From an uncultured Clostridia bacterium (lineage in GTDB: Bacteria > Bacillota > Clostridia > TANB77 > CAG-508), in assembly GCA_934177485.1 (NCBI GenBank), contig CAKPPF010000001.1:150959-214958 (forward strand): a stretch of 64,000 nucleotides of DNA, read 5' to 3'. Shown here piece after piece: positions 1 to 10,704 of this stretch; positions within the stretch are counted from its first letter, which is position 1; each line of letters opens with the position of its first letter. The notes under the pieces were generated by a model. That model had not been told where the DNA came from. It made no database searches and saw only the letters and a program-made list of their open reading frames with translations. The translations under genes and the position numbers were made by a program.

Positions 1-2579
1 ATTCTATAACCAGATATTTTTACTTGATTATCGGTTCTACCAACAAATGATATAATACCATTTTGACTCCATTTAGCAATATCTCCAGATTTATACATTT
101 TTTGATTATTAATAAATGGATTTGAAATGAAAGATGTCTTATTCTTTTCATTATTATTAATATATCCATCACCAACGCCAGCACCTGAAATATATAATTC
201 ACCAGGAGTATTAGGAGGTAATAAATTTAAATCACTTGATAGTATATATATATTGTTATTATTTAATGCCTTTCCTATGGGAACTATGAAGTTATTTTCA
301 TATGATCCTTTAGTATAGTTAAAAACTGTAGCACATATTGTAGTTTCAGTTGGACCATACCCATTAATAATAGTTATATTATTATTTAAATTAAAATAGT
401 TTTCAAGAGTGCTACTATTTATTGGTTCAACGCCAACCAATAGTTTATTTATTTTTGTATAACCTTCTTTCTTTAATATATTGTATACCTCATCTAATAT
501 ATTGGGAGGAATATATAGCGCATTTATTTCATTCTTAATTATCTGATCACAAAAATCAAATATATTGTTAATTAAATCAAATTTATTAAAATAAAGCTTT
601 GCTCCAAAACAAAGAGGAACAAATAGTTCCCATATTGAAACATCAAATGAAATGTTAGTTGATGATAGAAAATTATCACATGATGATATATTGTTAAAGT
701 AATCATTAAAAGAATATACAAAGTTTACTAGATTACTATTTAAAATTTTTACACCCTTTGGAGTTCCAGTGGAACCAGAAGTGAAAATTTCATATATTAT
801 ATCTTTAGTAGAATACTTTAAATTCAGGTTTGATGTAGAAAAACAATTTAAATCAATATTATCAGTATCAATTATTAAGTTATCATCAATATTAGATGAT
901 ATATAATTCTTATGAGCAATAATTACTTTGGAATTTGAAACATTTATCATTAATTTAATACGTTCTAATGGATATTTTGTATAAATTGGAACATATATTC
1001 CTTTAATTTTAAGAATAGCCAAAACAGATACAATAAAATCTAAATTCTTTGGTAACATTACGGAAATGGCATCTTGGTCTTTAATACCATTTTCAATTAA
1101 ATATCTAGCCAACTGATTAGCTTTCTCATTCAATTCTTTATAAGTTAATTTTTGATCTTCAAAAACAACAGCAATGTTATCTGGAGTCTTTTTAACTTGC
1201 TCCTCAAATAAATCTACTATAGTTTTATCTTTTGGGTAATCTACTTTTGTATTATTAAAATCATAAAGAATCTTATGTTTTTCTTCTGGTGTAACAATTT
1301 CAATATCTTTTAAACAAACATCATTTTTAGACATAACTTGATTTAACATTGTTAAAATTCTAGAGTGTAAATCAGCTATGTCTTGTTTTGAATATTTATC
1401 CGTTTTGTAATCATATAAAATATGAATTTTGCCATCATCATTTAAATCTAATAAGTGAATTTGTAAATCATCTGCACAGCAACCATTTGAAAGCCATTCT
1501 GCAGTATATTTTATTTTACTTTCTTCATCAAAGGTTTTGGTTATTTGGTAAGAAAGTACAACATTATATAAATTAGGAATAGAAGAATCTTTTGCTCTAA
1601 GATCTTCTAATATATATTGATATGGATATTTTTGATGTCTAAATAACGAAATAGTACGAGCCGAAATATCTTTTACAAAGTCTGTAAAAGATAAGCTGTG
1701 ATTTAATTCTATTCTTAGTGGAGCAGTACTAATAAACATACCCATAGTATTTTTTTGTTCAAAATTAGTTCTATTTAAAACAGGAGTACCAATAACAAAA
1801 TCATCTAAACCGCTAACTCGTCCTAGATATAAAGAATATAAAGACATAAAAAAGTTATACAAAGAAACTTTTTTATCTTTACAAAAGTTATTAATATCTT
1901 CTACCAATTTAGAATCTATACTAAAATCCAATCTATCTCCATTACAAGAGGCGTTATTTTGTTTTTGAAAAGATGGAATTGTTGCAACTTCCGGAACAGT
2001 TTTAAAGATATCATTCCAATATTCTTTATCTTTCTTAAATTTATCGCTTTCTAGGTAGTCCTTTTCATCCTTAATATAAGAAGTATAAGATGGATATTCT
2101 TTAGCTGTATATGTATTGTTTTTTATATCTGAATAGCATAACATTATTTGTTTTACAACTAAGCCTAAAGACCAAGAATCACCAATAATATGATGAGCAC
2201 TTAAAAAGAAACCACCATTTTTATTTGGTAATTTGAAAAACGTAAATTTAAAAAGTAAATTATTTTCTATATTAAAAGGAATTTTTGCTAATTGTAAAGC
2301 TGTACTCCTTATTTCTTTTTCTTTTGTTAATTCAATAGTTTCAATAGTAAAAGGCACATATTCAGATATATATTGAATACATGAATTATTTTTTTCTTTT
2401 ACTTTAATTCTCATTGCATCATTTAATTTTACTACCTCATTTATGGCTTTACTCAAAATGTTAAAATTAACAGGTTCATCTATATAGTTATAACCACTAA
2501 TGTTGTTTATAGATGTCCCGCTATAAAACTTTTCTGTAAGCCAAATTGAATTTTGAGGATTAGTTAATGAATACTCCAT
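1..2579 (-). CDS. Non-ribosomal peptide synthetase, N-terminal condensation + adenylation part (partial, continues past left edge)
   Basis: Minus strand is open from ATG (2579) to position 1; absent from the ORF track because no stop lies in the window. MEYSLTNPQNSIWLTEKFY... has the C-domain HHxxxDxxS motif (HHIIGDSWS). A-domain cores follow: SGSTGTPKGV (c.745-775), GYGPTE (c.340-360), GELYISGAGVGDGY (c.155-200), YKSGDIAKW (c.70-100), GRTDNQVKISGYRI (c.1-45). Confidence 0.85.
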   Translation of the reverse strand, partial: MEYSLTNPQNSIWLTEKFYSGTSINNISGYNYIDEPVNFNILSKAINEVVKLNDAMRIKVKEKNNSCIQYISEYVPFTIETIELTKEKEIRSTALQLAKIPFNIENNLLFKFTFFKLPNKNGGFFLSAHHIIGDSWSLGLVVKQIMLCYSDIKNNTYTAKEYPSYTSYIKDEKDYLESDKFKKDKEYWNDIFKTVPEVATIPSFQKQNNASCNGDRLDFSIDSKLVEDINNFCKDKKVSLYNFFMSLYSLYLGRVSGLDDFVIGTPVLNRTNFEQKNTMGMFISTAPLRIELNHSLSFTDFVKDISARTISLFRHQKYPYQYILEDLRAKDSSIPNLYNVVLSYQITKTFDEESKIKYTAEWLSNGCCADDLQIHLLDLNDDGKIHILYDYKTDKYSKQDIADLHSRILTMLNQVMSKNDVCLKDIEIVTPEEKHKILYDFNNTKVDYPKDKTIVDLFEEQVKKTPDNIAVVFEDQKLTYKELNEKANQLARYLIENGIKDQDAISVMLPKNLDFIVSVLAILKIKGIYVPIYTKYPLERIKLMINVSNSKVIIAHKNYISSNIDDNLIIDTDNIDLNCFSTSNLNLKYSTKDIIYEIFTSGSTGTPKGVKILNSNLVNFVYSFNDYFNNISSCDNFLSSTNISFDVSIWELFVPLCFGAKLYFNKFDLINNIFDFCDQIIKNEINALYIPPNILDEVYNILKKEGYTKINKLLVGVEPINSSTLENYFNLNNNITIINGYGPTETTICATVFNYTKGSYENNFIVPIGKALNNNNIYILSSDLNLLPPNTPGELYISGAGVGDGYINNNEKNKTSFISNPFINNQKMYKSGDIAKWSQNGIISFVGRTDNQVKISGYR

Positions 2580-2815
2580 AATGTAAAAGCCCCTTTCATT
2601 TACATCGTCGTATAAAATACAACCATATTATATATTATAAAGAATAAATAAACATATTTGTAACAAAAAAAATATATTTATGTAACACATATGTAATATA
2701 ATAACACATATTTTTTAAATAATTTGTCGAAAAAGGATACAAGCTTAATATAATTGATTTTTTCAAGGATTTGTGTTATAATTATATTGCAAAAACACTA
2801 AAGGAGTGAAAGCAT

Positions 2816-2986
2816 TTGAACAAGAAGATGGTACTTGCTTTGGCAATAATAGCGCTTGCAATTGTAATTGTAGCAGCTATTATATTCGAAATTTTGTCTA
2901 TATTTGTATATCCTTGGGTAAAAAGCATATTCTTTTTATTTTTTACACTTATGTGCATTTTAATAGCATTTGCTTTTTGCTTTTAA
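2816..2986 (+). CDS. Small hydrophobic membrane peptide (56 aa), hypothetical
   Basis: AAGGAG lies 9 nt before TTG 2816 (in-frame ATG at 2828). Product LNKKMVLALAIIALAIVIVAAIIFEILSIFVYPWVKSIFFLFFTLMCILIAFAFCF* has two hydrophobic helices. Below the track's 60-aa cutoff; preferred over the overlapping Cys/Asn-rich ORF 2806..3069. Confidence 0.3.
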   Translation: MNKKMVLALAIIALAIVIVAAIIFEILSIFVYPWVKSIFFLFFTLMCILIAFAFCF

Positions 2987-3152
2987 TGGATTTACAACTT
3001 GGACTAAGTGAAAAAACGGTGGCTATGTCACTGTTTTTTTCATGGTATAGAAAAATCAAAAAATTTTAATATTTTACAAAAAAATAAAACAATATAATTG
3101 ACAAGCAATAAAAAAAGTGCTATTATAATAAATGCATTTAGAAAAAACGCAT

Positions 3153-3229
<77 letters not shown>

Positions 3230-3259
3230 AAAAAACCACAGTAAAACTGTGGTTTTTTT
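3230..3259 (+). terminator. Rho-independent terminator after tRNA-Arg
   Basis: A-tract, stem CCACAG/CTGTGG, then T7 run. Confidence 0.7.
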
Positions 3260-3294
3260 ATATAATAGGAAAATAATACTTTCCTATTATATAA
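3258..3294. repeat. AT-rich hairpin repeat (TTATATAATAGGAAA-N7-TTTCCTATTATATAA)
   Basis: 15-bp perfect inverted repeat. Related copies at 7126, 31791 and 44085, each directly after a terminator. Confidence 0.7.
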
Positions 3295-3433
3295 AAAGCT
3301 ACAATTGCTAGCCATTTGAGACGTTTTCTTTACAACTGAAAACTAGAATATAACTTACCAAAGATTTTCTAAATTATATTTTCGTTTAATATAAATAGTT
3401 AGATTGAAAATATCTAATAAACGAAATTTTAAT

Positions 3434-3462
3434 TTGCATTTATTATGTAAATGTGATATACT
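3434..3462 (+). promoter_or_regulatory. Sigma-A-type promoter candidate for the 3544 ORF
   Basis: TTGCAT, 17-nt spacer, TGa-TATACT (extended -10). Confidence 0.4.
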
Positions 3463-3543
3463 ATAAATAGTAGCAAGTCTACTGCATTAAATCGTCCTTG
3501 TTTATCCAACAGGGTGTATCAACTTGTAAAGGAGGATTGAATC

Positions 3544-3786
3544 ATGGTGGAAAAAGGACTCGCGTATATGATCGTCAAATCATTTGCCGAACAAAATGGA
3601 CCGAAGCTCTCTATATTAGAGGCAATGTCTATGGAACTTGTCAAGAGTGACGGATATGAAATGTATGCCATTCAAAAAGGCGATGTTACTTTCTTGGCAT
3701 GGGTTTGCCGTACGACGAGAAGAAACCTAAACGGCGAGAGATTAAACCGAATTGATTCTCTTCGCACAAAAACTGTCTTCTGGTAA
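3544..3786 (+). CDS. Hypothetical 80-aa protein with atypically high GC and foreign codon usage
   Basis: AGGAGG 8 nt before ATG, own promoter-like signal and own terminator. About 43% GC over the first 70 nt (hand count) against very AT-rich flanks. No family recognised. Confidence 0.5.
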   Translation: MVEKGLAYMIVKSFAEQNGPKLSILEAMSMELVKSDGYEMYAIQKGDVTFLAWVCRTTRRNLNGERLNRIDSLRTKTVFW

Positions 3787-3819
3787 ATTTCCACTAGAAA
3801 CAAAAAAAGAAATTATCTT

Positions 3820-3858
3820 TTCTCTTGTATCGTCAAGATCAAGAGTTTTTCTTTTTTA
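3820..3858 (+). terminator. Rho-independent terminator after the 3544 ORF
   Basis: Stem CTCTTG...CAAGAG followed by TTTTTCTTTTTT. Confidence 0.6.
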
Positions 3859-4096
3859 AATTAATAAAAAAATTAATGTTGTATAAATAATAAAAAACAT
3901 AATTATATGTATTAAATTTAACAATAAGATAAAAGGTTTTTATTTAAAGAACAAATAAGATAGATATATAAATTATTATTTATTGTATTTGGCTATTACT
4001 TAAAACTTGAATAATCATTATATTAGTGAATAATATAACAAAAAGTTAAAATTTAATAAATTGACTACAACATATGAAAATGATATAATATAGCGT

Positions 4097-5080
4097 ATGG
4101 AAGAAAAAATTTTAGAAATAATAAAAAGATATAATTTAATAGAAAATGGAGATAAAATAGTAGTTGGTGTATCTGGTGGACCGGATTCGATTACTCTTTT
4201 AAATGTACTTAAAAATATTAAAGAAAAAGAAATTATAAAATTCAACTTAGTTGTATGTCATATTAACCACATGATTAGAGAAGAAGCAATAAGTGACGAA
4301 AAGTATGTAGAAGAGTATTGCAAAAAAAACAATATAGAGTTTTTTGCAAAAAGAATAAAAGTTGAAGAAATGGCAGAAAAAGAAAAAATAGGAACAGAAG
4401 AAGCAGGAAGAAAAGCAAGATATGAATTTTTTAATGAGATTTTAAATAAAACAAATGCAAATAAAATTGCAACAGCGCATACTGCAAACGACAATGCAGA
4501 AACAGTGTTGATGAATATTATAAGAGGAAGCGGAACGCTAGGGCTTAAAGGAATAGAAGCGAAAAATGGAAAATTAATTAGACCCTTAATAGAATGCAAA
4601 AGAAGCGAAATAGAAAAATATTGTAAGGGTGAAAACTTAAATCCTAGAATAGATAAAACAAATTTTGAAAATATTTATACTAGAAATAAAGTTAGGAATA
4701 TGTTGATTCCGTATATAGAAAACAATTTTAATCCCAATATAATAGAAGCAATAAATAGATTGTCAGATCTTTCAAAACAAGAAAATGACTTTTTAGAAAA
4801 ATTAACTAAAGAAGCATATAAAAAAATACTGGTAGAGCAAAAGAAAAATGAAATAATTTTAGATTTAAATAGCTTTAATTCACAAGAAATAGTCATAAAA
4901 AACAGACTTGTGTTATATACTATTAATATACTGTTTGGGACAAGAAGTGGAATAGAAAAGAAACATATTGAAGATATTATAAAATTATGTAGCAATAATA
5001 TAGGTAATAAATTTTTAATACCAAATAAAAAAGTAAAAATTCTAGTAAAAAATAAAAAAATTTTTTTCATAGCTTTATAA
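4097..5080 (+). CDS. tilS: tRNA(Ile)-lysidine synthase (short form)
   Basis: PP-loop motif VGVSGGPDSITLL near the N-terminus; lies directly upstream of ftsH as in many Firmicutes. Confidence 0.85.
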   Translation: MEEKILEIIKRYNLIENGDKIVVGVSGGPDSITLLNVLKNIKEKEIIKFNLVVCHINHMIREEAISDEKYVEEYCKKNNIEFFAKRIKVEEMAEKEKIGTEEAGRKARYEFFNEILNKTNANKIATAHTANDNAETVLMNIIRGSGTLGLKGIEAKNGKLIRPLIECKRSEIEKYCKGENLNPRIDKTNFENIYTRNKVRNMLIPYIENNFNPNIIEAINRLSDLSKQENDFLEKLTKEAYKKILVEQKKNEIILDLNSFNSQEIVIKNRLVLYTINILFGTRSGIEKKHIEDIIKLCSNNIGNKFLIPNKKVKILVKNKKIFFIAL

Positions 5081-5283
5081 ACCTTCCGTAAGGAAACCTT
5101 AGAAACAGTAAGGTTTCCTTTAAAAAACTTTTCAAAAAAGTATTGAAATAGGTAAAATACTGTGTTATATATAATTTGAAAATAATCAGCATCTTGCGTT
5201 AATAAACAAAAATAAATTTGTTTACTCAGCAAAATACTAATTCTTTTTAAATTAAATTTATTAATAAGAAAGGAATAGAAAAA

Positions 5284-7095
5284 GTGAAGGGAAAACTTAA
5301 AACATTTGCCACATGGCTAATATGTGGAATAATATTTATTGTAGTGTTATCAACAATACTTGATAATACAAATACAAAAATGACTTATTCTGAGTTGATT
5401 TCTAAAATTGAACAGGGAGAAGTTAAAGAAATAGAATTAGAATCTGATGGAAAAACAGCTAATGTAAAAATAGAAGGACAAACAATTCCAAAAGAAGTTA
5501 ATATACCAAACACTGAAAGTTTTATGAACTATGCAAATGAGCAATTAAAAGACGGAAAAATTAAACTTTCAGAAAAATCTCAATCTTTATTAATAACATT
5601 ATTAGGATTAATTTCACCATTTGGACTAATAATTATATTCTTTATATTCTGGTTTTTACTAATGAACAATAATGCAACACAAGGCGGTGGAACAGGAAAA
5701 ACAATGTCATTTGGAAAAAGTAAAGCTAGAGTGTCTGGAGTAGACGACAAGCATAGAGTTACTTTTAAAGATGTTGCTGGAGTTGAAGAAGAAAAAGAAG
5801 AACTAGAAGAAATAGTTGAGTTTTTAAAAAATCCTAAAAAATTCACTGACATGGGTGCAAGAATACCAAAAGGAGTATTATTAGTTGGAGGGCCAGGAAC
5901 AGGTAAAACACTTTTAGCTAAAGCTGTTGCAGGTGAAGCAGGAGTTCCTTTCTTTATAATGAGTGGTTCAGACTTTGTTGAAATGTTTGTAGGTGTTGGA
6001 GCATCAAGAGTAAGAGACTTATTTGAACAAGCAAAGAAAAATGCACCATGTATAATATTTATAGATGAAATAGACGCAGTTGGTCGTCAAAGAGGAGCAG
6101 GTCTTGGTGGCGGACATGACGAAAGAGAACAAACATTAAACCAATTACTTGTTGAAATGGACGGATTTGGAACAAATGAAGGAGTTATTGTTCTTGCTGC
6201 AACAAATAGACCAGATATACTAGATAAAGCTTTATTAAGGCCAGGAAGATTTGATAGACAAATAGTAGTACCAGCACCAGATGTTTTAGCAAGAGAGAAA
6301 ATATTAGAAGTACATTCAAAAAATAAAAAGATTGCAGATGATGTAGATTTAAAAGTTATTGCAAAAAATACATCAGGATTTTCAGGCGCAGACTTAGAAA
6401 ACGTATTAAATGAAGCTGCTCTTTTAGCAGCAAGACGTGATTTAACACAAATAGGCATGAAAGAAATAGAAGATGCAATGGTTAAAGTTACAATGGGACC
6501 AGAAAAGAAAACAAGAGTAAGAAGCGAAAAAGAAAATAAATTAGTTGCTTACCATGAAGCAGGCCATGCTGTAGTAAGTAGATTTTTGGAATCTCAAGAT
6601 CCAGTTCATCAAATATCAATAGTTCCAAGAGGTATGGCTGGAGGTTATACAATGTATAGACCAACAGAAGACAAATCTTTTATGTCAAAAACTGAAATGG
6701 AAGAAAATATAGTATCTCTTCTTGGAGGTAGAGTAGCAGAAAAATTAATACTAGATGATATATCAACAGGAGCAAGCAATGACATAGAAAGGGCATCTAA
6801 AATTGCAAGAGATATGGTTACAAAATATGGAATGAGCGAAAGAATTGGTTCAATAATGTTTGGATCAGGACAAGAAGAAGTATTTTTAGGAAGAGATTTT
6901 GCACAATCTAAGAATTATTCAGAAGAAACTGCAGGAATTATAGATGAAGAAACAAAGAAAATAATAGATGCAGGATATAATAGAGCAGTACAAATTTTAA
7001 GCGATAATATTGATAAACTACATGCTGTAGCAAAAGTATTATTAGAAAAAGAAAAAATTGATTCAGAAGAATTTGAAGCAATATTTAATAGCTAA
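5284..7095 (+). CDS. ftsH: ATP-dependent zinc metalloprotease FtsH
   Basis: Two N-terminal TM segments, AAA Walker [18 protein letters not shown], Walker B IIFIDEID, zinc site HEAGHA. GTG start. Confidence 0.95.
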   Translation: MKGKLKTFATWLICGIIFIVVLSTILDNTNTKMTYSELISKIEQGEVKEIELESDGKTANVKIEGQTIPKEVNIPNTESFMNYANEQLKDGKIKLSEKSQSLLITLLGLISPFGLIIIFFIFWFLLMNNNATQGGGTGKTMSFGKSKARVSGVDDKHRVTFKDVAGVEEEKEELEEIVEFLKNPKKFTDMGARIPKGVLLVGGPGTGKTLLAKAVAGEAGVPFFIMSGSDFVEMFVGVGASRVRDLFEQAKKNAPCIIFIDEIDAVGRQRGAGLGGGHDEREQTLNQLLVEMDGFGTNEGVIVLAATNRPDILDKALLRPGRFDRQIVVPAPDVLAREKILEVHSKNKKIADDVDLKVIAKNTSGFSGADLENVLNEAALLAARRDLTQIGMKEIEDAMVKVTMGPEKKTRVRSEKENKLVAYHEAGHAVVSRFLESQDPVHQISIVPRGMAGGYTMYRPTEDKSFMSKTEMEENIVSLLGGRVAEKLILDDISTGASNDIERASKIARDMVTKYGMSERIGSIMFGSGQEEVFLGRDFAQSKNYSEETAGIIDEETKKIIDAGYNRAVQILSDNIDKLHAVAKVLLEKEKIDSEEFEAIFNS

Positions 7096-7098
7096 TCT

Positions 7099-7127
7099 AA
7101 AACAGACCATTTGTGTGGTCTGTTTTT
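7099..7127 (+). terminator. Rho-independent terminator after ftsH
   Basis: Stem CAGACCA/TGGTCTG followed by a T-run. Confidence 0.7.
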
Positions 7128-7164
7128 AATATAATGTGAAAGTTATACTTTCACATTATATTAA
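7126..7164. repeat. AT-rich hairpin repeat variant (TTAATATAATGTGAAAG-N5-CTTTCACATTATATTAA)
   Basis: 17-bp perfect inverted repeat immediately after the ftsH terminator. Same architecture as 3258 and 31791. Confidence 0.65.
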
Positions 7165-7311
7165 AAACCACAATCACTACTCCTTTGAGGTTTTTTGTGT
7201 AGGGAAAGGCCTTGAGCTTGCCCCAAAAGAGAAAATCTTAAATCACCAATTTTTAACCCAATATATACAATTTAAACCACAAGGTTTAAAACTATATTTT
7301 TAAGAAAAGTA

Positions 7312-7341
7312 TTGACAAGCTATGAATTATTAGAGTATAAT
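7312..7341 (+). promoter_or_regulatory. Sigma-A-type promoter candidate for rpsU
   Basis: TTGACA, 18-nt spacer, TATAAT. Confidence 0.45.
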
Positions 7342-7408
7342 AATAAACATAGAAAAAAAGGAAAAAAATCCCACATACTGTGCAAAGTACCGGAAGGAGG
7401 GGAACAAA

Positions 7409-7579
7409 ATGTCAGAAATTAAAGTTAATAATGGAAATATAGAAGATGCTCTTAAAAGATTTAAGAGACAATGTGCTAGAAATGGGGTACTACAAGAAGT
7501 ACGTAAAAGAGAACATTATGAAAAACCTAGCGTAAAAAGAAAGAAAAAATCAGAGGCTGCTAGAAAAAGAAAATTTTAA
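7409..7579 (+). CDS. rpsU: 30S ribosomal protein S21
   Basis: 56 aa (below track cutoff): [64 protein letters not shown]. Confidence 0.9.
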   Translation: MSEIKVNNGNIEDALKRFKRQCARNGVLQEVRKREHYEKPSVKRKKKSEAARKRKF

Positions 7580-7802
7580 TTATACATAAAAGATTACACT
7601 ATATTTGTGTAATCTTTTTGAATTTTTAAGTATATTATAGTTAGTTTAAGTAAATTTTATATATTATGAAATTTACTATTTATTAGTTATTATAAGGCAT
7701 GAAATTTCCTTATTTAGAAAACCTAATCAGCTAGAATAAAGAATACAAATAAAAATAATGGAAATAATAAAAATGCAATTTTTATAAAGAGAGGAGAAAA
7801 AA

Positions 7803-9068
7803 GTGAAAAAAATAAATATAAAAGAGGGAATAGACCTACACATAATAAAAACAAATAAATTTAAAACTAATTTATTAGCTGTATTTTTAAGTACACCGTT
7901 AACAAAAGAAACGGTTACACCAAATGCATTAATACCAGCAGTTCTAAGAAGGGGCTCAAAAAACATAACAACACAAGAACAAATAAGTATTGCTTTAGAA
8001 GAAATGTATGGTGCAACATTTGATTGCGGTATAGATAAAGTTGGGGATAATCAAGTTTTAAAATTTTATTTAGAAACAATAAATAATGAATTTTTACCAC
8101 AAAAAGAAGATAATCTAAAACAGGCCATAGAAATATTATTAGAAATTATTTTTAACCCTCAAGTTTCAAATGGAAATTTTAATAAAGAATATGTTGATAA
8201 CGAAAAGAAAAACTTAAAGCAAGTAATTGATGGAAGAAAGGATTCAAAAGCTTCATACGCATTAGAAAGATGTATAGAAGAAATGTATCAAAATGCGCCA
8301 TATAGCCTATATAAATATGGTATGACAAGTGAGCTAGATAAAATAAATTCACAAAACTTATATGAACAATATGTTAATTTAATTAAAAATTGCAAAATAG
8401 ATATTTTTATTTCTGGTAACATAGAAGAAAATATAAAAGATGAAATAATGGAAAATGAAAATATAAAGAAAATAGATGCAAGAAAACCAATATTTATAAT
8501 AAACAATAAAGAAACTAGAAAAAAAGAACAAAAAGAAGAACAAGTAGTAAATGAAAGCTCAGAAGTCTCACAAGGAAAATTAATATTAGGTTTAGATATA
8601 TTAAACGAAAATGATAAAGATAAATATACAGCCCTAGTATATAATGCAATACTTGGTGGAACACCAACATCTAAAATGTTTCAGAATGTAAGAGAAAAAA
8701 ATTCCTTAGCATATACTGCATCATCTAGTTTTATTAGGCAAAAAGCAAATATATTTATAAAATGTGGAATTGATATAGAAAATTATGAAAAAGCTTTGAA
8801 AATAATAAAAGAACAATTGGAAGACATGAAGAATGGTGAATTTACTGATAAAAACATCGAAGAAGCAAAAAACAATATAATATCTACAATTAAATTTATA
8901 CCAGATGAACAAGATACAGAACTTATGTATTATTTTTCTCAAGAACTATCTGGATATGAAATGGGATTTAAAGAATATGTAGAAAAAGTAAAAGAAATAA
9001 AAAAAGAAGATATTATAGAATTAGCAAAGAGAATACAAATAAACACAATTTACTTTTTGAAAAATTAG
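7803..9068 (+). CDS. M16-family peptidase-like protein, non-catalytic partner (no HxxEH)
   Basis: Insulinase-like length and layout, paired with the HxxEH-bearing M16 gene downstream (YmfF/YmfH-like pair). GTG start. Confidence 0.7.
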   Translation: MKKINIKEGIDLHIIKTNKFKTNLLAVFLSTPLTKETVTPNALIPAVLRRGSKNITTQEQISIALEEMYGATFDCGIDKVGDNQVLKFYLETINNEFLPQKEDNLKQAIEILLEIIFNPQVSNGNFNKEYVDNEKKNLKQVIDGRKDSKASYALERCIEEMYQNAPYSLYKYGMTSELDKINSQNLYEQYVNLIKNCKIDIFISGNIEENIKDEIMENENIKKIDARKPIFIINNKETRKKEQKEEQVVNESSEVSQGKLILGLDILNENDKDKYTALVYNAILGGTPTSKMFQNVREKNSLAYTASSSFIRQKANIFIKCGIDIENYEKALKIIKEQLEDMKNGEFTDKNIEEAKNNIISTIKFIPDEQDTELMYYFSQELSGYEMGFKEYVEKVKEIKKEDIIELAKRIQINTIYFLKN

Positions 9069-9095
9069 AAATTTGAAGTTGGAAGGAAAAAGATT

Positions 9096-10389
9096 ATGCA
9101 GGTAATTGAAAATTTAAAAATTAAAGAAAAATTATATATAGAAAAGCTAGAAAATGGGCTAACTGTTATGATTATTCCAAAAGAAAACACAAATAAAAAA
9201 TATATAATGTGGGGAACAAATTTTGGATCTATTGATAATCATTTTATAATATCTAAAACAAAGCAAGAAATAACAGTTCCAGATGGCGTAGCACATTTTT
9301 TAGAGCATAAAATGTTTGAACAAAAAAGCGGAATTAATAGTTTAGATACATTGTCTAGCATTGGAGTAGATGCAAATGCATATACAACAAACGATTATAC
9401 AACATACTTATATGAATGCAATGAACATTTTTACGAAGCATTAGATGAATTTATGGATTATGTTCAAAACCCATATTATACAGATGAAAATGTAGAAAAA
9501 GAAAAGGGAATAATTGCACAAGAAATAAAAATGTATGATGACCATCCATTTTGGCAGGTTTATATGAATGCAATGAAATGTTTATATAAAAATAATCCTG
9601 TAAAACTAGATATTGCCGGAACAGTTGAATCAATAAGTGGAATAGACAAAGAAACCTTATATTATTGTTACAATACATTTTATACACCAGCAAATATGTT
9701 AATGGTAGTAAGCGGAGACTTTGTTCCAGAAGAATTAATAGAACAGATAAAAAGTAGATTAATAAAAAAAGAAAATGTTGATGTAGAAAGAATATATCCA
9801 CAAGAACCAGAAGAAATAAACGAAAAAGAAAAAATAGTAGAAATGGCAGTAAATAATCCATTATTTGTAATAGGCTTTAAAGATAAAGTAGAAAAAAATA
9901 AAGAAGAAATGGTTAGAAAACATATAGCTATAGAAATATTGCTATATATGCTAATTGGAAAAAGCTCAAGCCTATACCAAGACTTATACAAAAATAATTT
10001 GATACTTGCCCAACCAGATTTAGATTATGAATTTTCAAAAGAATATGCACATATTACAATATCTCGGTCAATCAAATGACCCAATGAAACTAAAAGACGA
10101 ATTGATTAAAAAGCTAGAAGAGATGAAGAAAAATGGCATAGATGAAAAAATATTTAACAGAATAAAGAAAAAAATATATGGCGAGTATGTTGGGGAATTT
10201 AACGATGTATCCAACATAGCAAGAATGTTTATGGGAGATTATTTTAAAGGTATAAATAGTTTTGAATATATTGAAGAATATAATCAGGTAACAAAGGAAT
10301 ATGCTGAAAACATATTAAAAAAGAATTTTGATGAAGAAAAAATGATTATATCTATAGTTAAAGGAAAAAACGACTCTGTAGAAAAATAA
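9096..10389 (+). CDS. M16-family zinc peptidase (HxxEH); frame broken at in-frame CGG 10065, +1 shift needed for full length
   Basis: HFLEHKMFE zinc motif. ORFs 9096..10079 and 10027..10389 join seamlessly if the C at 10065 is skipped (..EYAHITIS|GQSNDPMKLKDEL..). Confidence 0.8.
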
Positions 10390-10704
10390 TAAAAAAAAAT
10401 TAAATGCGTCGAAAAATAAAAAAGACTGAAAAAATATTGAAAAAAATAATTAAAAAAGACACACGAAAAGGCTGAAAAACGGCCTTTTTTTGTTGACTAA
10501 AATGTAAAAATGTGTTAATTTTTAAATATAATAAGAAATAGAAAGTTTTTTATCTAATAGAAAATTTTCAAAATCCTATTAGTAAAAAGAATAAATGTAT
10601 GCTCTTTTGTATTTCTTAGTTTTATTTTAGAAAATCAAATTGCTAAGAACAAAGAAAAACTTAAGTCACTTTATTCTAAAAAGCTCAAAAGGAGGAAAAA
10701 GTGT

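Noticed and set aside
2806-3069. 87-aa ORF (MKAFEQEDGTCFGNNSACNCNCSS..).
   Set aside because: Odd Cys/Asn-rich composition and no membrane or fold logic. The alternative frame gives a clean two-helix membrane peptide with correct RBS spacing (2816..2986).
3460-3860. GC-rich segment as a known structured RNA (RNase P, tmRNA, SRP/4.5S, 6S, common riboswitches).
   Set aside because: I found none of the hallmark strings: no GGAAAGUCC-type P4, no tRNA-like GGGG...CCA ends with a tag ORF, no SRP domain IV motif, no T-box or riboswitch cores. The ORF has a strong SD. Kept only as an alternative in the finding.
5090-5120. 11-bp inverted repeat AAGGAAACCTT...AAGGTTTCCTT after tilS as an intrinsic terminator.
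   Set aside because: No T-run follows on either strand. It may be a protein-binding or RNA-processing hairpin, but I cannot support a terminator call.
4258-5232. Long antisense ORFs inside tilS, and similar ones inside ftsH, the pilin-fusion gene (11515..12222), ORF 13552 (14229..14834), the FAD oxidoreductase (47360..47803) and others.
   Set aside because: Each is opposite a gene with clear motifs. They have Phe/Ile/Leu/Ser-rich low-complexity translations typical of the antisense strand of AT-rich coding DNA, and no RBS.
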